From NCBI GenBank assembly GCA_964016885.1, contig OZ024741.1:38068001-38132000 (forward strand): a stretch of DNA of 64,000 nt, given 5' to 3'. The notes below the pieces were generated by a model, which was given only the letters and a program-made list of their open reading frames with translations, ran no database searches and was not told the DNA's origin. The first letter of the stretch is position 1, and every line of letters starts with the position of its first letter. Shown here one piece after another: positions 15,290 to 27,167 of this stretch. The position numbers and the translations under genes are program-made. Source of the stretch: Eledone cirrhosa. Taxonomy: Eukaryota.

Positions 15290-15323
15290 GTTGAAAAGGA
15301 GTGGAAAAGATGGGAAAGACCAC

Positions 15324-17146
15324 TTACCTTACTTCTCGTAGGGGAAGGACGGCTTTTCCATCCTTTTCACTGCTTGTGGCCTCCTCAGAAAGGATGTCCT
15401 TATAAATCCTCCTGGAGAGTGCTTGTCGGAAGTCTCCGATGTCTTTGGGGAATTTTTGTTTTAGTGTCATGTACGTTTTCTGTGTGATGCGAGTGATTTG
15501 TATGTGTGGAGGTGGTGTGAATTTTGGGGTTGTTGTGTAGTCTTTTTCTGTGATGCTGGTGTTGTGTTGGATGTAGTGTAATAATTGCTTGTTGTTCAAA
15601 TTTAATGCTGTGTAGTGTGTATCGTTTTGGTTGTTTTGTTTTGTTTGCGTTTGTTGTGGGTTTGTTTCTGTTTCGCTTTTTGGTGACTTTTGTGGTGTAG
15701 GTGATGGTGGTGCTGGGGATAATGATGGTGATGGTGTTGGTGTTTGGGTTGATGGGGTTGGTGATGCTGGTGTGGATGGTGGCATATCTGTCCTAACTTT
15801 TTTGTTTCTTAGTTTATTTGTTTCCCTCTGTATTTTGTTTTTGGAGGGGGAAGGAAGAGAATTTTTTCTTTTTTGGTTTCTTTTTTTTTTTCCGGCTATC
15901 GTTTCCCACTCCTCGTCGTCACAATCTGTCTCCAGTTGTGATAGGCCGGGGAGTGGAAAATCCTCCACGGCCGTTAGTTTTGGTTGTGGTGTGGTGGATG
16001 GTGTAGGCGCTGGTGCTAGTTCTGAAGCGTTGGGTGGTGGTGGTGTTGGTTTTGCTGGTGGTGGTAGTGGTGTTGGTTTTGCTACTGTTGCTGGGGTTGT
16101 TGCTGTTATAGTTGCTTCTGTTGTTGCTGCTACAGTTGTTGCTGCCATTTCTGCTACTGGTGGTGTTGATGGTTGTGTCACTGGGGTGGGTAGGAGAGGT
16201 GGCCTCAACCTTTTAGCCTGAGGGCAGAAAGCCCTTAGGTGGGTTCCTTCACCACAAACGACACACCTAGGTCTTCTGCCCTCGACAATTACCGTGAGGT
16301 GGCTGCCGTCAGTGAGGTCTATTACCTCTGGGATCGCCTCAATGCTTTTTTGGTCCGCTTGGATCTGGAGCTCCATCCCAGATCCGGACCAGTTTTCCTG
16401 CTTTTCTTTTGCTACTGCTACTATTTTCGTGTTGGCTTCGATGCCGGCGAGGACAGCCGCTATTAGCCAGGGAATTTCGATGGCCGGTGGAACGTGGGTC
16501 ACCCTGATCTTTAAGAGTCTCTGGCCACAATAGCTTGGGACGAGTGTGAGGTCGTCACTTTTTAATGGGGCCATGGAGTGTTCTCTAGCCTCCTCTGATG
16601 TTTCAAAGAACACATCCACGGTTCCATACTTTTGCCCACGTCTGATGTGGGTTTTTCTTGCCCACACATGTCCCAAACCTTTTTGGATTTGGGACTCGGA
16701 TGCCCGTTCCACTCGGCGCGATTTTACATTTATTGTTCTATACGACACGGTGCACAGGCGCCGATGCTCCATTTTATTAGGTGGGGAGGGGGGGGGGTGA
16801 GGCTGACCCTGTACCCATCTTTCTTTACCATTTGTTTGGCATTTTCTAAATCTTCTTGAATTACCGTGAACGCTTCGAATTGTTTTGCTACGATGGCGAA
16901 ACTGAGGGTCGGTTTTATAATGTCATTGTTGTTGTTGTTGCTATCGTTAATATTAATTTTATTTTCAGTTGTGGTGGTGGTGACGTCAGTCGTCTTTGGT
17001 GGGGAAGAGTCCATTTTGCTTGATTTCATTTCGACGTCACGAGTTAATTTATTTTTTTCTTCTTTTGTTTCTGTTGTCGCGGTGGTGGTGGTGGTGGTGG
17101 TTGTCGCGGTGGTGGTGGTGGTGGAGGGTTTAACACCTGCAGTCAT
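15324..17146 (-). CDS. ORF1 gag-like nucleic-acid-binding protein, frameshifted near 16780-16797
   Basis: CX2CX4HX4C knuckle CVVCGEGTHLRAFC; 'SFAIVAK' N-terminal motif lies in overlapping ORF 16730-17182, joinable across a poly-G/C run. Confidence 0.75.
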
Positions 17147-17526
17147 TGGTAATGGCGGGAAATGAATGTCTGTCTGAGACAAATTTAAAATATTGCTACT
17201 GCTTATATTTTTTTTGTGTTGGCAAACGTAGTAACATTTACAATGGTGGTGTCGGTGTGAGGTGTTATTTTGTGAGGAAGGCTTTCAGCTGCTTCATGCA
17301 GAGGGGAATTAGCCATTTTATTTCAAAGAAATTTTTGGATAATAATAAAAGTTAAAAATTTTGGGCACAAGGCCCCAATCTTTTTGGGTGTCCTTTTCGG
17401 AAAACAATGTATGTGTGCTTATAAACAGTTTACAATAAAATTTTCCATAAATGGCAATTTTTAAACAAACGAAAATAACAAACCTTTGCGGAGCTCACGA
17501 TAATACGATTTCCTACGTAGGTCGCC

Positions 17527-17570
<44 letters not shown>

Positions 17571-17981
17571 GAAGAAGAAGAAGAAAATAGATTTAGCGTG
17601 GCATAGTGTGACACCTGGTGGCACAGTTACATAACCCAGATTTACTGGATATCTGAACAATCATGCAAACTGAGAAATTCGCATTTTGATAAGTACATGG
17701 ATGAACAAATAAACACTATAGTTTATATTGTTAAGGTACATGTGGAAGTGATTAAATGATATTATAAAAATATATTTCTAGGATATAATTACATAAATGT
17801 TCAGCATATATGTACAAATGACATAGAGGATTAAATGTATGATTAACTTTTGGGAAATAACTATTTACAGGAGTAAATGTAGAGTTAGAACACAGGACCT
17901 TGTGACTGGAAAACGAACTTGCTATTGTAGCAACAGGATAGATATACAAAATACAATGTTTGTGCGTGTAAACTGTGACAG

Positions 17982-18130
<149 letters not shown>

Positions 18131-18268
18131 CACATATATATATACATATAAATATTTCGTATCTCCAAAGAAATACGGTTTTAGGAAGCCGTAGCTATGC
18201 AAAAACCGGGGGAGGGGGGGGGGGGGTCTAACGCCCTCTGGTGATGTCCAGCAGAAGCAAGGAGGACA

Positions 18269-18312
18269 ACCGTCTATGCATTTCAGGTTTAACTGGCCAT
18301 CGTCAGGACGGT
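18269..18312 (-). ncRNA. Minimal type I hammerhead ribozyme
   Basis: Inverted copy of 19288-19331. Confidence 0.75.
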
Positions 18313-18337
18313 CCCTCCCACCGTCGCAAATTATACA

Positions 18338-19118
18338 TCTATATATATAAAACAGAGGATGTCTGTGTGTCTGTTTCCCTAAAACTCGAGAAGTACCCAA
18401 CCGTTTTTTTTCAAACTTTATACATGTAACTCGTATGATCCCGGAAGTGTTTTGAGCCAAAAAATTTCAAATTTTCAATGCTCTATGGACCGAATTAGGC
18501 GATTTAGCGATTTCTTTCTCTTAGTCTTTCTCTTTTTAGATAGATACATAGATATGACGTCGCGCCTTCATAATATCTGTCTGTATGCCTGACTGTCTGC
18601 ATTACGTCATTATGACGCGATCAGTGTGTGTGTGTATATATATTCTGATGCCAGGGAACGTCTTCACGAACCAAAGTATCGTCTTTCTGTTTTCCAGATT
18701 GATTTTTTTAGTTTCAGAAGATCCCGTTAAGGTTGAAAGCAGCGATTCTTTGCTTAAACATTAATATGTTATTTTAATATAGATATTAGTGTACAGATAT
18801 TTTTGCATACACAAAAACAAAATATAAACAAACAAGGCCAAAGATTACATCAATTAGTCTTAGTGTATGTACTTCATACTGCTTTTAGGTAGAATATCCC
18901 GTTAAGGGTGAAAGCAGTGATTCTTTGCTTAAACTTTAGTCTGTTATTTTAATATATATATATATATAATTATATATTTATGGACAGATATTTTTGCATA
19001 CACAATAACAAAATATAAACAAACGTATTTATTTCACGAGGTTCGATAAGGATAAATATATATCAAATATATAAGAACCCTATAGCAAATCCTGAGCAAC
19101 GCCGGGCCATTCTGCTAG
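18338..19118 (+). mobile_element. Non-autonomous Helitron
   Basis: 5' TC, 3' hairpin cctgagcaacgccggg + CTAG, inserted between A and T with no TSD; empty site tataca|tattgtataaag is seen intact at 19437-19454. Confidence 0.85.
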
Positions 19119-19287
19119 TATTGTATAAAGCTATGCTTGAAGCGAAATCTTATTTCTTTTTTATTATAAGTTGAGCCAACTTATGCAGCTTCATATGCAA
19201 ATGAGATTAATCACCTCATTTACACAGACGAGAGAAGTATATATTCTCAGCTGTCTTCTAGTCCAGCAGTCGCAAGCGGTGGGAGGG

Positions 19288-19331
19288 ACCGTCCTGACGA
19301 TGGGCAGTTAAGCCTGAAATGCATAGACGGT
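19288..19331 (+). ncRNA. Minimal type I hammerhead ribozyme
   Basis: accgtc-CTGACGA-tgggc..gcct-GAAA-tgca-TA-gacggt: 6-bp stem I, palindromic stem III. Confidence 0.85.
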
Positions 19332-19529
19332 CGTGCCCCTTGCTTCTGCTGCACATCACCAGAGGGCGTTAGCCCCCCGGTATTTGCAGAGCTAAAAGCT
19401 TCCTAAAACCGTATTTCTTTGGAGATACGAAATATTTATACATATTGTATAAAGCTATGCTTGAAGCGAAATCCTATTTTTCTCTCTCTATATATATATG
19501 TATATATATATATGTATATATATATATAC

Positions 19530-19561
<32 letters not shown>

Positions 19562-19733
19562 ATATATGTATATATATATGTATATATACATATATATATG
19601 TATATATATATATATATTTAGATATATATATACATATATATATATATATACATATCTCTCTTTCTCTCTCTCTCTCTATATATATATAGTGACGAAACAT
19701 AAGCCAATTGCATGAACTCATAATCCTTTATTT

Positions 19734-19789
19734 ACTGCTATATATATTTCGATGATAGCCATTGAATGGCTATGACCTCATCAAGCAGT
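19734..19789 (-). ncRNA. Minimal hammerhead ribozyme, U3.G8 core
   Basis: actgc-TTGATGA-ggtc atagccat/atggctat catc-GAAA-tatata-TA-gcagt. Confidence 0.75.
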
Positions 19790-19888
19790 TAGTCAGTCTT
19801 AGATATGCCAGCTCTGTATTTATAGTGTTGGAGTGCTCCCTATCCGCATACTGAAGTACTGGATTTTACCAACACTTACTTTCTTGCT

Positions 19889-19922
<34 letters not shown>

Positions 19923-19982
19923 TAGATATGTATATATAGAGAGAGATATGTATATATATATATGTAAATATATATATACATA

Positions 19983-20014
<32 letters not shown>

Positions 20015-20114
20015 CATATATATACATATATATATACGTATATATATATGTACATATATATATGTATATATATGTATGTATATATATATATATACATATA
20101 TATATATGTATATA

Positions 20115-20519
20115 GATGACCCCTTAGCCTTTGTCAAGGCAGAATTCTAGGAGATGGAAAACTCTGATATAACACCTGCAGCCCTGATGGTATCCAATGA
20201 TGTTGACTTGTTCTTCTTTTTGGTAAATATCATCTTGGTTAAGAGAGTGGGTCTGGCTTTGTGCAGTGCCTTTGCTCACTATAAAAGCATCACGGCACAG
20301 GCATTGCTTTATATCTGGAGATCTCTCTGCACTTGTCGTCACATGGTACCATGGGCCCAGCACAATGTGTCAATAATTGCCACAAGTGTAGTGTTTGTAC
20401 CAGAGTTTTCATTTCGCAAGCTGAACTAAAAAGTCACACTCGTTCAGCGCATCGGTAGGGGTTCTCCTTCATGGATATAAAGTAGTGGCCGTACTCGAAA
20501 ACGACTTGGCAGCCACCAT
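20115..20519 (+). mobile_element. Non-autonomous RTE-derived short element, 5'-truncated
   Basis: Matches 60548-60954. Confidence 0.9.
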
Positions 20520-20664
20520 ATATATATATGTATACATATATATATACATATATATATATACATATATACATATGTATATATACATATATATACATATATA
20601 TACACATATATATATATATATACATATATAGTAATAATAATAAAATTAAAGACTAAAATCCAAA

Positions 20665-21082
20665 GAGGGCTCGATAAGGAAAATATATATCAAATATCAA
20701 ATATATAAGAACCGTAGAGCAAATATACGCTCCACATATGACTTATTATCTTCGTTTTTTCGTTCATTGCCAGAGAACGTCTCTATGCACCACCTACGAG
20801 AACATTAGTCTACAACCTCTTTTATACCATAAACGTGGTTTTGTCTTTGCGCGTAATTGTTTTTCACCGCTCCTATTAATGACGTATTATTCGTTTTTTC
20901 CCGTTCTTTGCCAGCGAACGTTACCACGAACCAAAGTATCGTTTTCCTGTCTTCCTCCGGTGCAACGTTTTTTGAAATATCCAGTACTGCGTTTACAGAT
21001 TGACTTTGTTAGTTTCAGAAGATCCCGTTAAGGGTGAAAGCAGCGATACTTTGCTTAAACTTTAATCTGTTATTTTAATAAA
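20665..21082 (+). mobile_element. Helitron-related internal fragment
   Basis: Shares 'cacgaaccaaagtatcg' and 'gatcccgttaagggtgaaagcag' blocks with 18338-19118. Confidence 0.55.
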
Positions 21083-21212
<130 letters not shown>

Positions 21213-21531
21213 AATTATATCTCATATAAAATAATACAACTGGCTTTCCACAAAATACATATAGTTAGCACCCCAAACATAAAATTGGGATTATACTAAG
21301 GTATATCCTAATGTATGTTGAGTGAGATGGTAGCCAGTCAGAGTATAGCTTAAGGCTTTCTCTGTTATTGTATTGAATATATATATATATATATATAATT
21401 AGAAGCTATATTTAATTTTTGGGGATTCAACAAGTTTAAAAGTTTTATAACTGATATAAAGCACTCAACAGTTTACTGGAGTAAATATTCAATACATTAA
21501 TAAATGGAAACTATATTTATAAAACCATAAT

Positions 21532-21597
21532 TATTTTATTATATATATTTCAAGGGCAACCAAAGGCAATTTTGGTGCGCTTTCATGAGATAAAATA
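21532..21597 (-). ncRNA. Decayed hammerhead motif in a pLTR-like repeat
   Basis: Same family as 63173-63238 but the core reads CTCATGA. Confidence 0.55.
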
Positions 21598-21683
21598 CAA
21601 AATATGGTTTATAAATGTTATATATATATATACATATATATACATATATATATATACATATATAAACATATATATATATACAA

Positions 21684-21813
<130 letters not shown>

Positions 21814-21935
21814 GTATATATATATATATACAAATATATATACATATATATATACATATATATGTATATACATATATACATATATATATATATATACATA
21901 TATATATATGTATATATGTATATATATATATACAA

Positions 21936-21992
<57 letters not shown>

Positions 21993-22147
21993 TTGGAGCT
22001 CTGAAATAGCAATATATATATGGATGTATATATAATGTATTTTGCAATACACTTTATGCTTAATTAAAAGCATTTTGAAGACCGTAAGCTATTGTTTTAA
22101 AGTAGTGACAAATTCACTCACTTTGATCTCAGCAAACAGGGGAGATA

Positions 22148-22191
22148 AGCCGACAAGTCTTGTTTCGCTTTGGTTGAAGCTTATCAAGGCC
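22148..22191 (-). ncRNA. Minimal hammerhead ribozyme, U3-A8 core
   Basis: Inverted copy of 22453-22496. Confidence 0.75.
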
Positions 22192-22452
22192 AACTACCCC
22201 ATCAAAGTGAGTGAATTTGTCACTACTTTAAAACAATAGCTTACGGTCTTCAAAATGCTTTTAATTAAGCATAAAGTGTATTGCAAAATACATTATATAT
22301 ACATCCATATATATATTGCTATTTCAGAGCTCCAATTCTAATTTTTAATTTCTGCCTGACCAACAACCGCTCTGCATAATCAGCTCCTGATTATTTACTA
22401 GATTTCTATAAGAATATAACATCAATGATCTCAGTAAACAGGTGGGGTAGTT

Positions 22453-22496
22453 GGCCTTGATAAGCTTCAACCAAAGCGAAACAAGACTTGTCGGCT
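22453..22496 (+). ncRNA. Minimal hammerhead ribozyme, U3-A8 core
   Basis: ggcc-TTGATAA-gctt/aagc-GAAA-caag a cttg-TC-ggct; GUC cleavage triplet. Confidence 0.8.
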
Positions 22497-22638
22497 TATC
22501 TTCCCTGTTTGCTGAGATCAAAGTGAGTGAATTTGTCACTACTTTAAAACAATAGCTTACGGTCTTCAAAATGCTTTTAATTAAGCATAAAGTGTATTGC
22601 AAAATACATTATATATACATCCATATATATATATATAT

Positions 22639-22688
<50 letters not shown>

Positions 22689-22716
22689 ATATATATATAC
22701 ATATAAATATATATAT

Positions 22717-22769
<53 letters not shown>

Positions 22770-22918
22770 TATACATATATATATATACATATATGTAGGA
22801 GGTGAGTTTTATTGTAGCACAATAAAGGAATGCAAATATCGGATAAGTAGCACTCTACAGTTTGTAGGACTGGAGTATAAATAATATAAGATCAAAAGAT
22901 GGGTAAAAGAGTTCCAAG

Positions 22919-22989
22919 TATTTTATTATGCGCATTTCAAAAACAAATATCATCATGGGATGATATCTGCGTTCTCATCAGATAAAATA
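22919..22989 (-). ncRNA. Hammerhead ribozyme in Penelope pLTR
   Basis: tattttat-CTGATGA-long stem II-GAAA-tgcgca-TA-ataaaata. Confidence 0.85.
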
Positions 22990-24136
22990 GGGATACATGA
23001 TATGAAGCTTAAAAAACACTTGTGAATAGTGAAGTTTTAAATCAACATATGAAAACTAATTTATGATTGATGTATGAGATTGGGAAAAAGTGAGGGGTCG
23101 GGTGGAAAAGGAAGAGGAGGAGATGAGAGTAAAGAATGGGGGGGAGTATAAGAAGGAAGGATGAGATCGGAGGAGAGATGGGTGATAGAGAGAGAGAGAG
23201 AGAGAGATAGCCTTTACAACTGAGAAAAAAATATATATTGTCTCACAGAGAGAAGTTAAAAAGCCGTTGGAAGATAATAAATAATTTAAGAATTTGAAAT
23301 TAAAATTTCATGAGGTTTATGCATGAAGAGAAAAAGGAATTAAGAATAATATTAATTTAAGATTTGTATATTGAAGGGTTCAATAATATGTGCGAGGAAA
23401 AGAAATTATTAATATGTATTATTAAAATAAAAATATTAATGTTATTAAGGATATAATGTGAAAAGAATGAGAAGAATGAATGAGTTATGAATTTAGAGGA
23501 ATTAGTTAGGGTTTAAATTTTTTTAATGTAATGTAATATGTGTACGTAATATGTGTACGTAAATAGTTTGTTTAAAAATGAGCGCAGAAGGCAAAGAAGA
23601 AAAGAATGTTTAAGGAAGAAAATATCTAACATCAAAAAATATATATGTTTACGAAATATTTTCTAATGGTAATAATATAATATATTAAAAGAAATTAGTT
23701 AGGGTTTAAGTTTGTTTTTATGTATTGTAATATGTAAAAGTCAAACGAGCATGAAAGGATGAGATAAGAGAAATTTAAGGAAGAAAAAAATCTAACGTCA
23801 AAAAAACTTTTATGTTTACGAAGGACTACTAAATGTATTAAAAAAATAATTTTTATGGCCAATGATATGAGGAAAGATGGAAGAATGGATAATGTTGTGG
23901 TGAGTAATAATAAGAATTGAGAAGTAGTTAGGAAGAAACGGTACAGATTAGAGGTTAGAAATTAAAAAGAAAAGAGGAAGAAAGGAAAGTGATAAAGAGG
24001 AATGATATAGAATGAGTAACTTGTATTATATAATATATAATAAATAATATTGAAATAAGGTAGAAGGATGGGTATATTTTAAAAAGATATATAAGCCTTT
24101 GAGAAAAAGGATTTTAAACTAGTAAGGTATTAGATA

Positions 24137-25539
24137 TTAGCTGTATACTTTATGGAATGTTCTGTGGAATTTATGCAAGCAGAGAGAAAATAAATCCGTG
24201 CGTCTATTTATTATAGAATTGAAATTAGATATAATGGTAAATTTCTCAGCTAGGCAAAGATTACATGTTCTGGATAGGGAGGCATTCAAGTAAGGAGAGG
24301 CAGAACAAACTTTTCTCCAAGAGATGTTATAGTTAATATTTTTGTCTTTCAAGGACCATATGAGTTCCGAGAGTGCCGTGTTAGTTCTTTTAAGTTGGTA
24401 TTTAAAAGACGAATTGTGATTATAAAATCTAGCTTTGAATGAGCTGGAAGTAGAACCGAAATAGGTAAAGGAATTGGTATCAGTTATAACCTTACATTCA
24501 TAGACTAAGTTTTTATCAAGGCAATGGTTATTAAGAAGACATTTAGTTCTAACAGGGCAATTACAATTACGATTAGAGAAATTAACAGAGTTATTAACAA
24601 GTGATCTAGTGTTATTTCTAGGAGGAATTGGATTGGAGAAGTTATTTACGATAGGAATAATAGTTTCCTGATTTAGATTGGTATTATGAACATTCAACGA
24701 AGTTACGTTTGACGTCGTATTTGAGTTTACAGAATCTAGCCTAGAGTTAACAATGACGTCGGGAGTACTACTGCTATTATTATGACGCTCAGTGTTGGAA
24801 GCATGTGATTTAATATTTAATATTTTATTGTTGTGTTTAGAGATAATGTTAGAGATGTTGGAAGAGGTGGAATAAGAAAATTTTATTGTATGTCTGTTAA
24901 AGATTTTACTATAGAATGTGAGGGAGGGAAGCATTTATCTAAGGCCCTAAAGAATAGTTTAGGAATATTATTATTAATACAAATAGAGAAAGGAGCATTA
25001 TACCAGATTATATTTTTGTATCTTGGTCTTTTATTTAAGTTATTGGAATGATCATAATTAATTATTTTACTGTAAGACCTTCTGGAATTGGTTTCTTTAC
25101 TGTATTTAATTTTATCAGGATAACCGGCTTTAGAAAGCGCATTATTATAGAAATTGGCGTTAGCATCGAAGATATTTTTATTAGAGAATAGGTTTGATAT
25201 TCTTTTTCCAATATTACTAACTATAGCATTTTTAATGTTAGTGGGATGGTTAGATTTAAAATTAACATAACTTAGATTCTCATAGTTTTTATGGTAAAGG
25301 TAATATAGGCCAGTGTCAAGATTAAGGGATATATCCAAGAAGTTAGCTAGTTTGATGTTGTTATCAAATTCAATTTTAAGGTTATGTTGCTTAAAGAGAT
25401 CACGTATATTGTTCTTAATAATATTAAAGTTAACTAAGTTGCAATTTAAGATAGTAAAAAGTCCATCGTCACGATAAATTCCACCGCGAAGTTGAGGAAT
25501 TTTCCGATTTAAAGAATTCAAAATAAAAATACCAATCAA
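24137..25539 (-). pseudogene. Penelope-like RT C-half + GIY-YIG endonuclease, frameshifted
   Basis: YRDD, NFLDI, YVNFKSNHP, IIWYNAPF, CNC..CLL..C, 'LVYECKV...YFGSTSSSFKARFYNH', CNLCLAEK. Confidence 0.9.
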
Positions 25540-25647
25540 ATACCATCTCCTTCTATTCCTTACACCCCCCCCTCACTTTTTCCCAATCTCATACATCAAT
25601 CTTAAATTATTTTTCATATGTTGATTTAAAATTTCACTATTCACAAG

Positions 25648-26212
25648 AATCCATACGTACATGTATATATGTGTGCATGTATGTATATATATATACATAC
25701 TACTGTACATCTGTATACATACTTATATTTAAGTAACACCCGTACTAAGAGTGGGAAATGGAATTTCGTTTCATTTTTTCCGTTTATCGTTTTCGGTGCA
25801 CCCGGCCGATTAACCCACTCGATATGCAAATTGGGCTACTCAGCCGTTAATATGCATAAGGAAAGTATATACTTTCGGATGTTCAACTATCTGGCAGGAA
25901 GGTATACGTTGCTGACGATAGCTAACAAGCTTGAAACTAGTACAGCGTTTTTTTGTCAGTGTTGAACAAACGAGCAACGGTGGTTGCTAGACACTACGGC
26001 TTAATACGGGATGTTTGATTACAAACACACCGAGCATTATAATAAATGTTTGGTGAATCCATACGTGCATGTATATATGTGTGCATGTATGTATATATAT
26101 ATATACATACTACTGTACGTCTGTATACATATATGCATGTACGTATACATACTTATATTTAAGTAACAGCCGTACTAAGAGTGGGAAATGAAATTTCGTT
26201 TCATTTTTTCCG
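25648..26212 (+). mobile_element. Retrozyme-like insertion: 408-nt unit + ~157-nt terminal redundancy, 10-bp TSD
   Basis: TSD tattcacaag at 25638-25647 and 26213-26222; 'aatccatacg' restarts at 26056; hammerhead inside. Confidence 0.8.
25907..25947 (+). ncRNA. Minimal type I hammerhead ribozyme
   Basis: cgttg-CTGACGA-t agct/agct t-GAAA-ctag-TA-cagcg; GUA triplet, palindromic stem III. Confidence 0.85.
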
Positions 26213-26294
26213 TATTCACAAGTGTTTTTTAAGCTTCATATGTTTTATCTCATGAGAATGCAGATATCATCCCATGATGATATTTATCTGATCA

Positions 26295-26365
26295 TATTTT
26301 ATCTGATGAGAACGCAGATATCATCCCATGATGATATTTGTTTTTGAAATGCGCATAATAAAATA
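26295..26365 (+). ncRNA. Hammerhead ribozyme in inverted Penelope pLTR
   Basis: Reverse complement of 22919-22989. Confidence 0.85.
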
Positions 26366-26409
26366 CTTGGAACTCTTTTAGCCATCTTTTGATCTTATAT
26401 CATATATAT

Positions 26410-26945
26410 ATATATATTTAAAAGAATAGAGGTGTAACACACGAGTTATGATATATTGGTAAAAGGAAAAGACAATGCTGACAAATTGTTCCCAGTGAAA
26501 AATAGTTTAATTAGGAATAAGTAAAAATTAGTAATTGTATTGGTTAGTATTCAGTTTTGGTTTTAAGTTTTACCGGTTGCGCATTTCTAATACTTTTCAA
26601 AAATAATTTTGAGATAGAGCGCCCGTGGTGTTTGCTCTAATCTGATTAGTTTTGGAAATTCTACCTGTTTTATGTAAAAAACATGTCTCCAGATGTATGA
26701 AAAAATTCTTGTGGTCAAAACAATTTTGATTGGTCGGTAGAGGTCATGTAAATGTTAAAAATTGATTTTGCGCCAAATGTAGGTTTGTATCGGCTGATTG
26801 AGAAGTCACTGAAAAATAAGTCTTTCAAGACAAATATGTGTGTGTGTGTGTGTAGTAGTAGTAAAGAGGTTCGTTGTTGTGATAATGGTCAGCAGGGATG
26901 TGTGTGCGAACCGCAGCCTGCTGACAGTTCAAATGCCTATTAAGA

Positions 26946-27000
<55 letters not shown>

Positions 27001-27115
27001 CAGCGTAATTCGTGGTAGAGGAATGGTCATTAGGAATGTGTCTGTACGTGTGTGGGGGATATTTTAACATGTTAAAAGATATTTTTCAGCTCTTGTCTTA
27101 TACGGAGAAATGTGT

Positions 27116-27167
<52 letters not shown>

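Larger units (their letters stand above)
11627..17526 (-). mobile_element. Full-length Tx1/L1-like non-LTR retrotransposon
   Basis: Two ORFs, AATAAA near the 3' end, bounded by (AAT)n at 11581-11626 and 17527-17570. Confidence 0.92.
18148..19480. mobile_element. Hammerhead-containing ~324-nt terminally redundant element with inverted 5' part, split by a Helitron
   Basis: 18151-18323 is the reverse complement of 19277-19437; 'ttgtataaagctatgcttgaagcgaaatc' recurs at 19121 and 19445. Confidence 0.7.
21986..22625. mobile_element. Rearranged (inverted + direct) hammerhead-bearing repeat in (TA)n
   Basis: 21986-22128 is inverted at 22201-22342; 22014-22200 is inverted at 22445-22630. Confidence 0.75.
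22795..26400 (-). mobile_element. 5'-truncated Penelope-like element with inverted pseudo-LTR
   Basis: RT/GIY-YIG ORFs at 24137-25539; 22885-23130 recurs inverted at 25540-25647 plus 26213-26400. Confidence 0.88.

Noticed and set aside
17600-17660. 'SGLCN' peptide after a possible acceptor as a MAK16 N-terminal exon
   Set aside because: Remainder does not match the conserved GLCNRxSCPLANS motif and hits a stop
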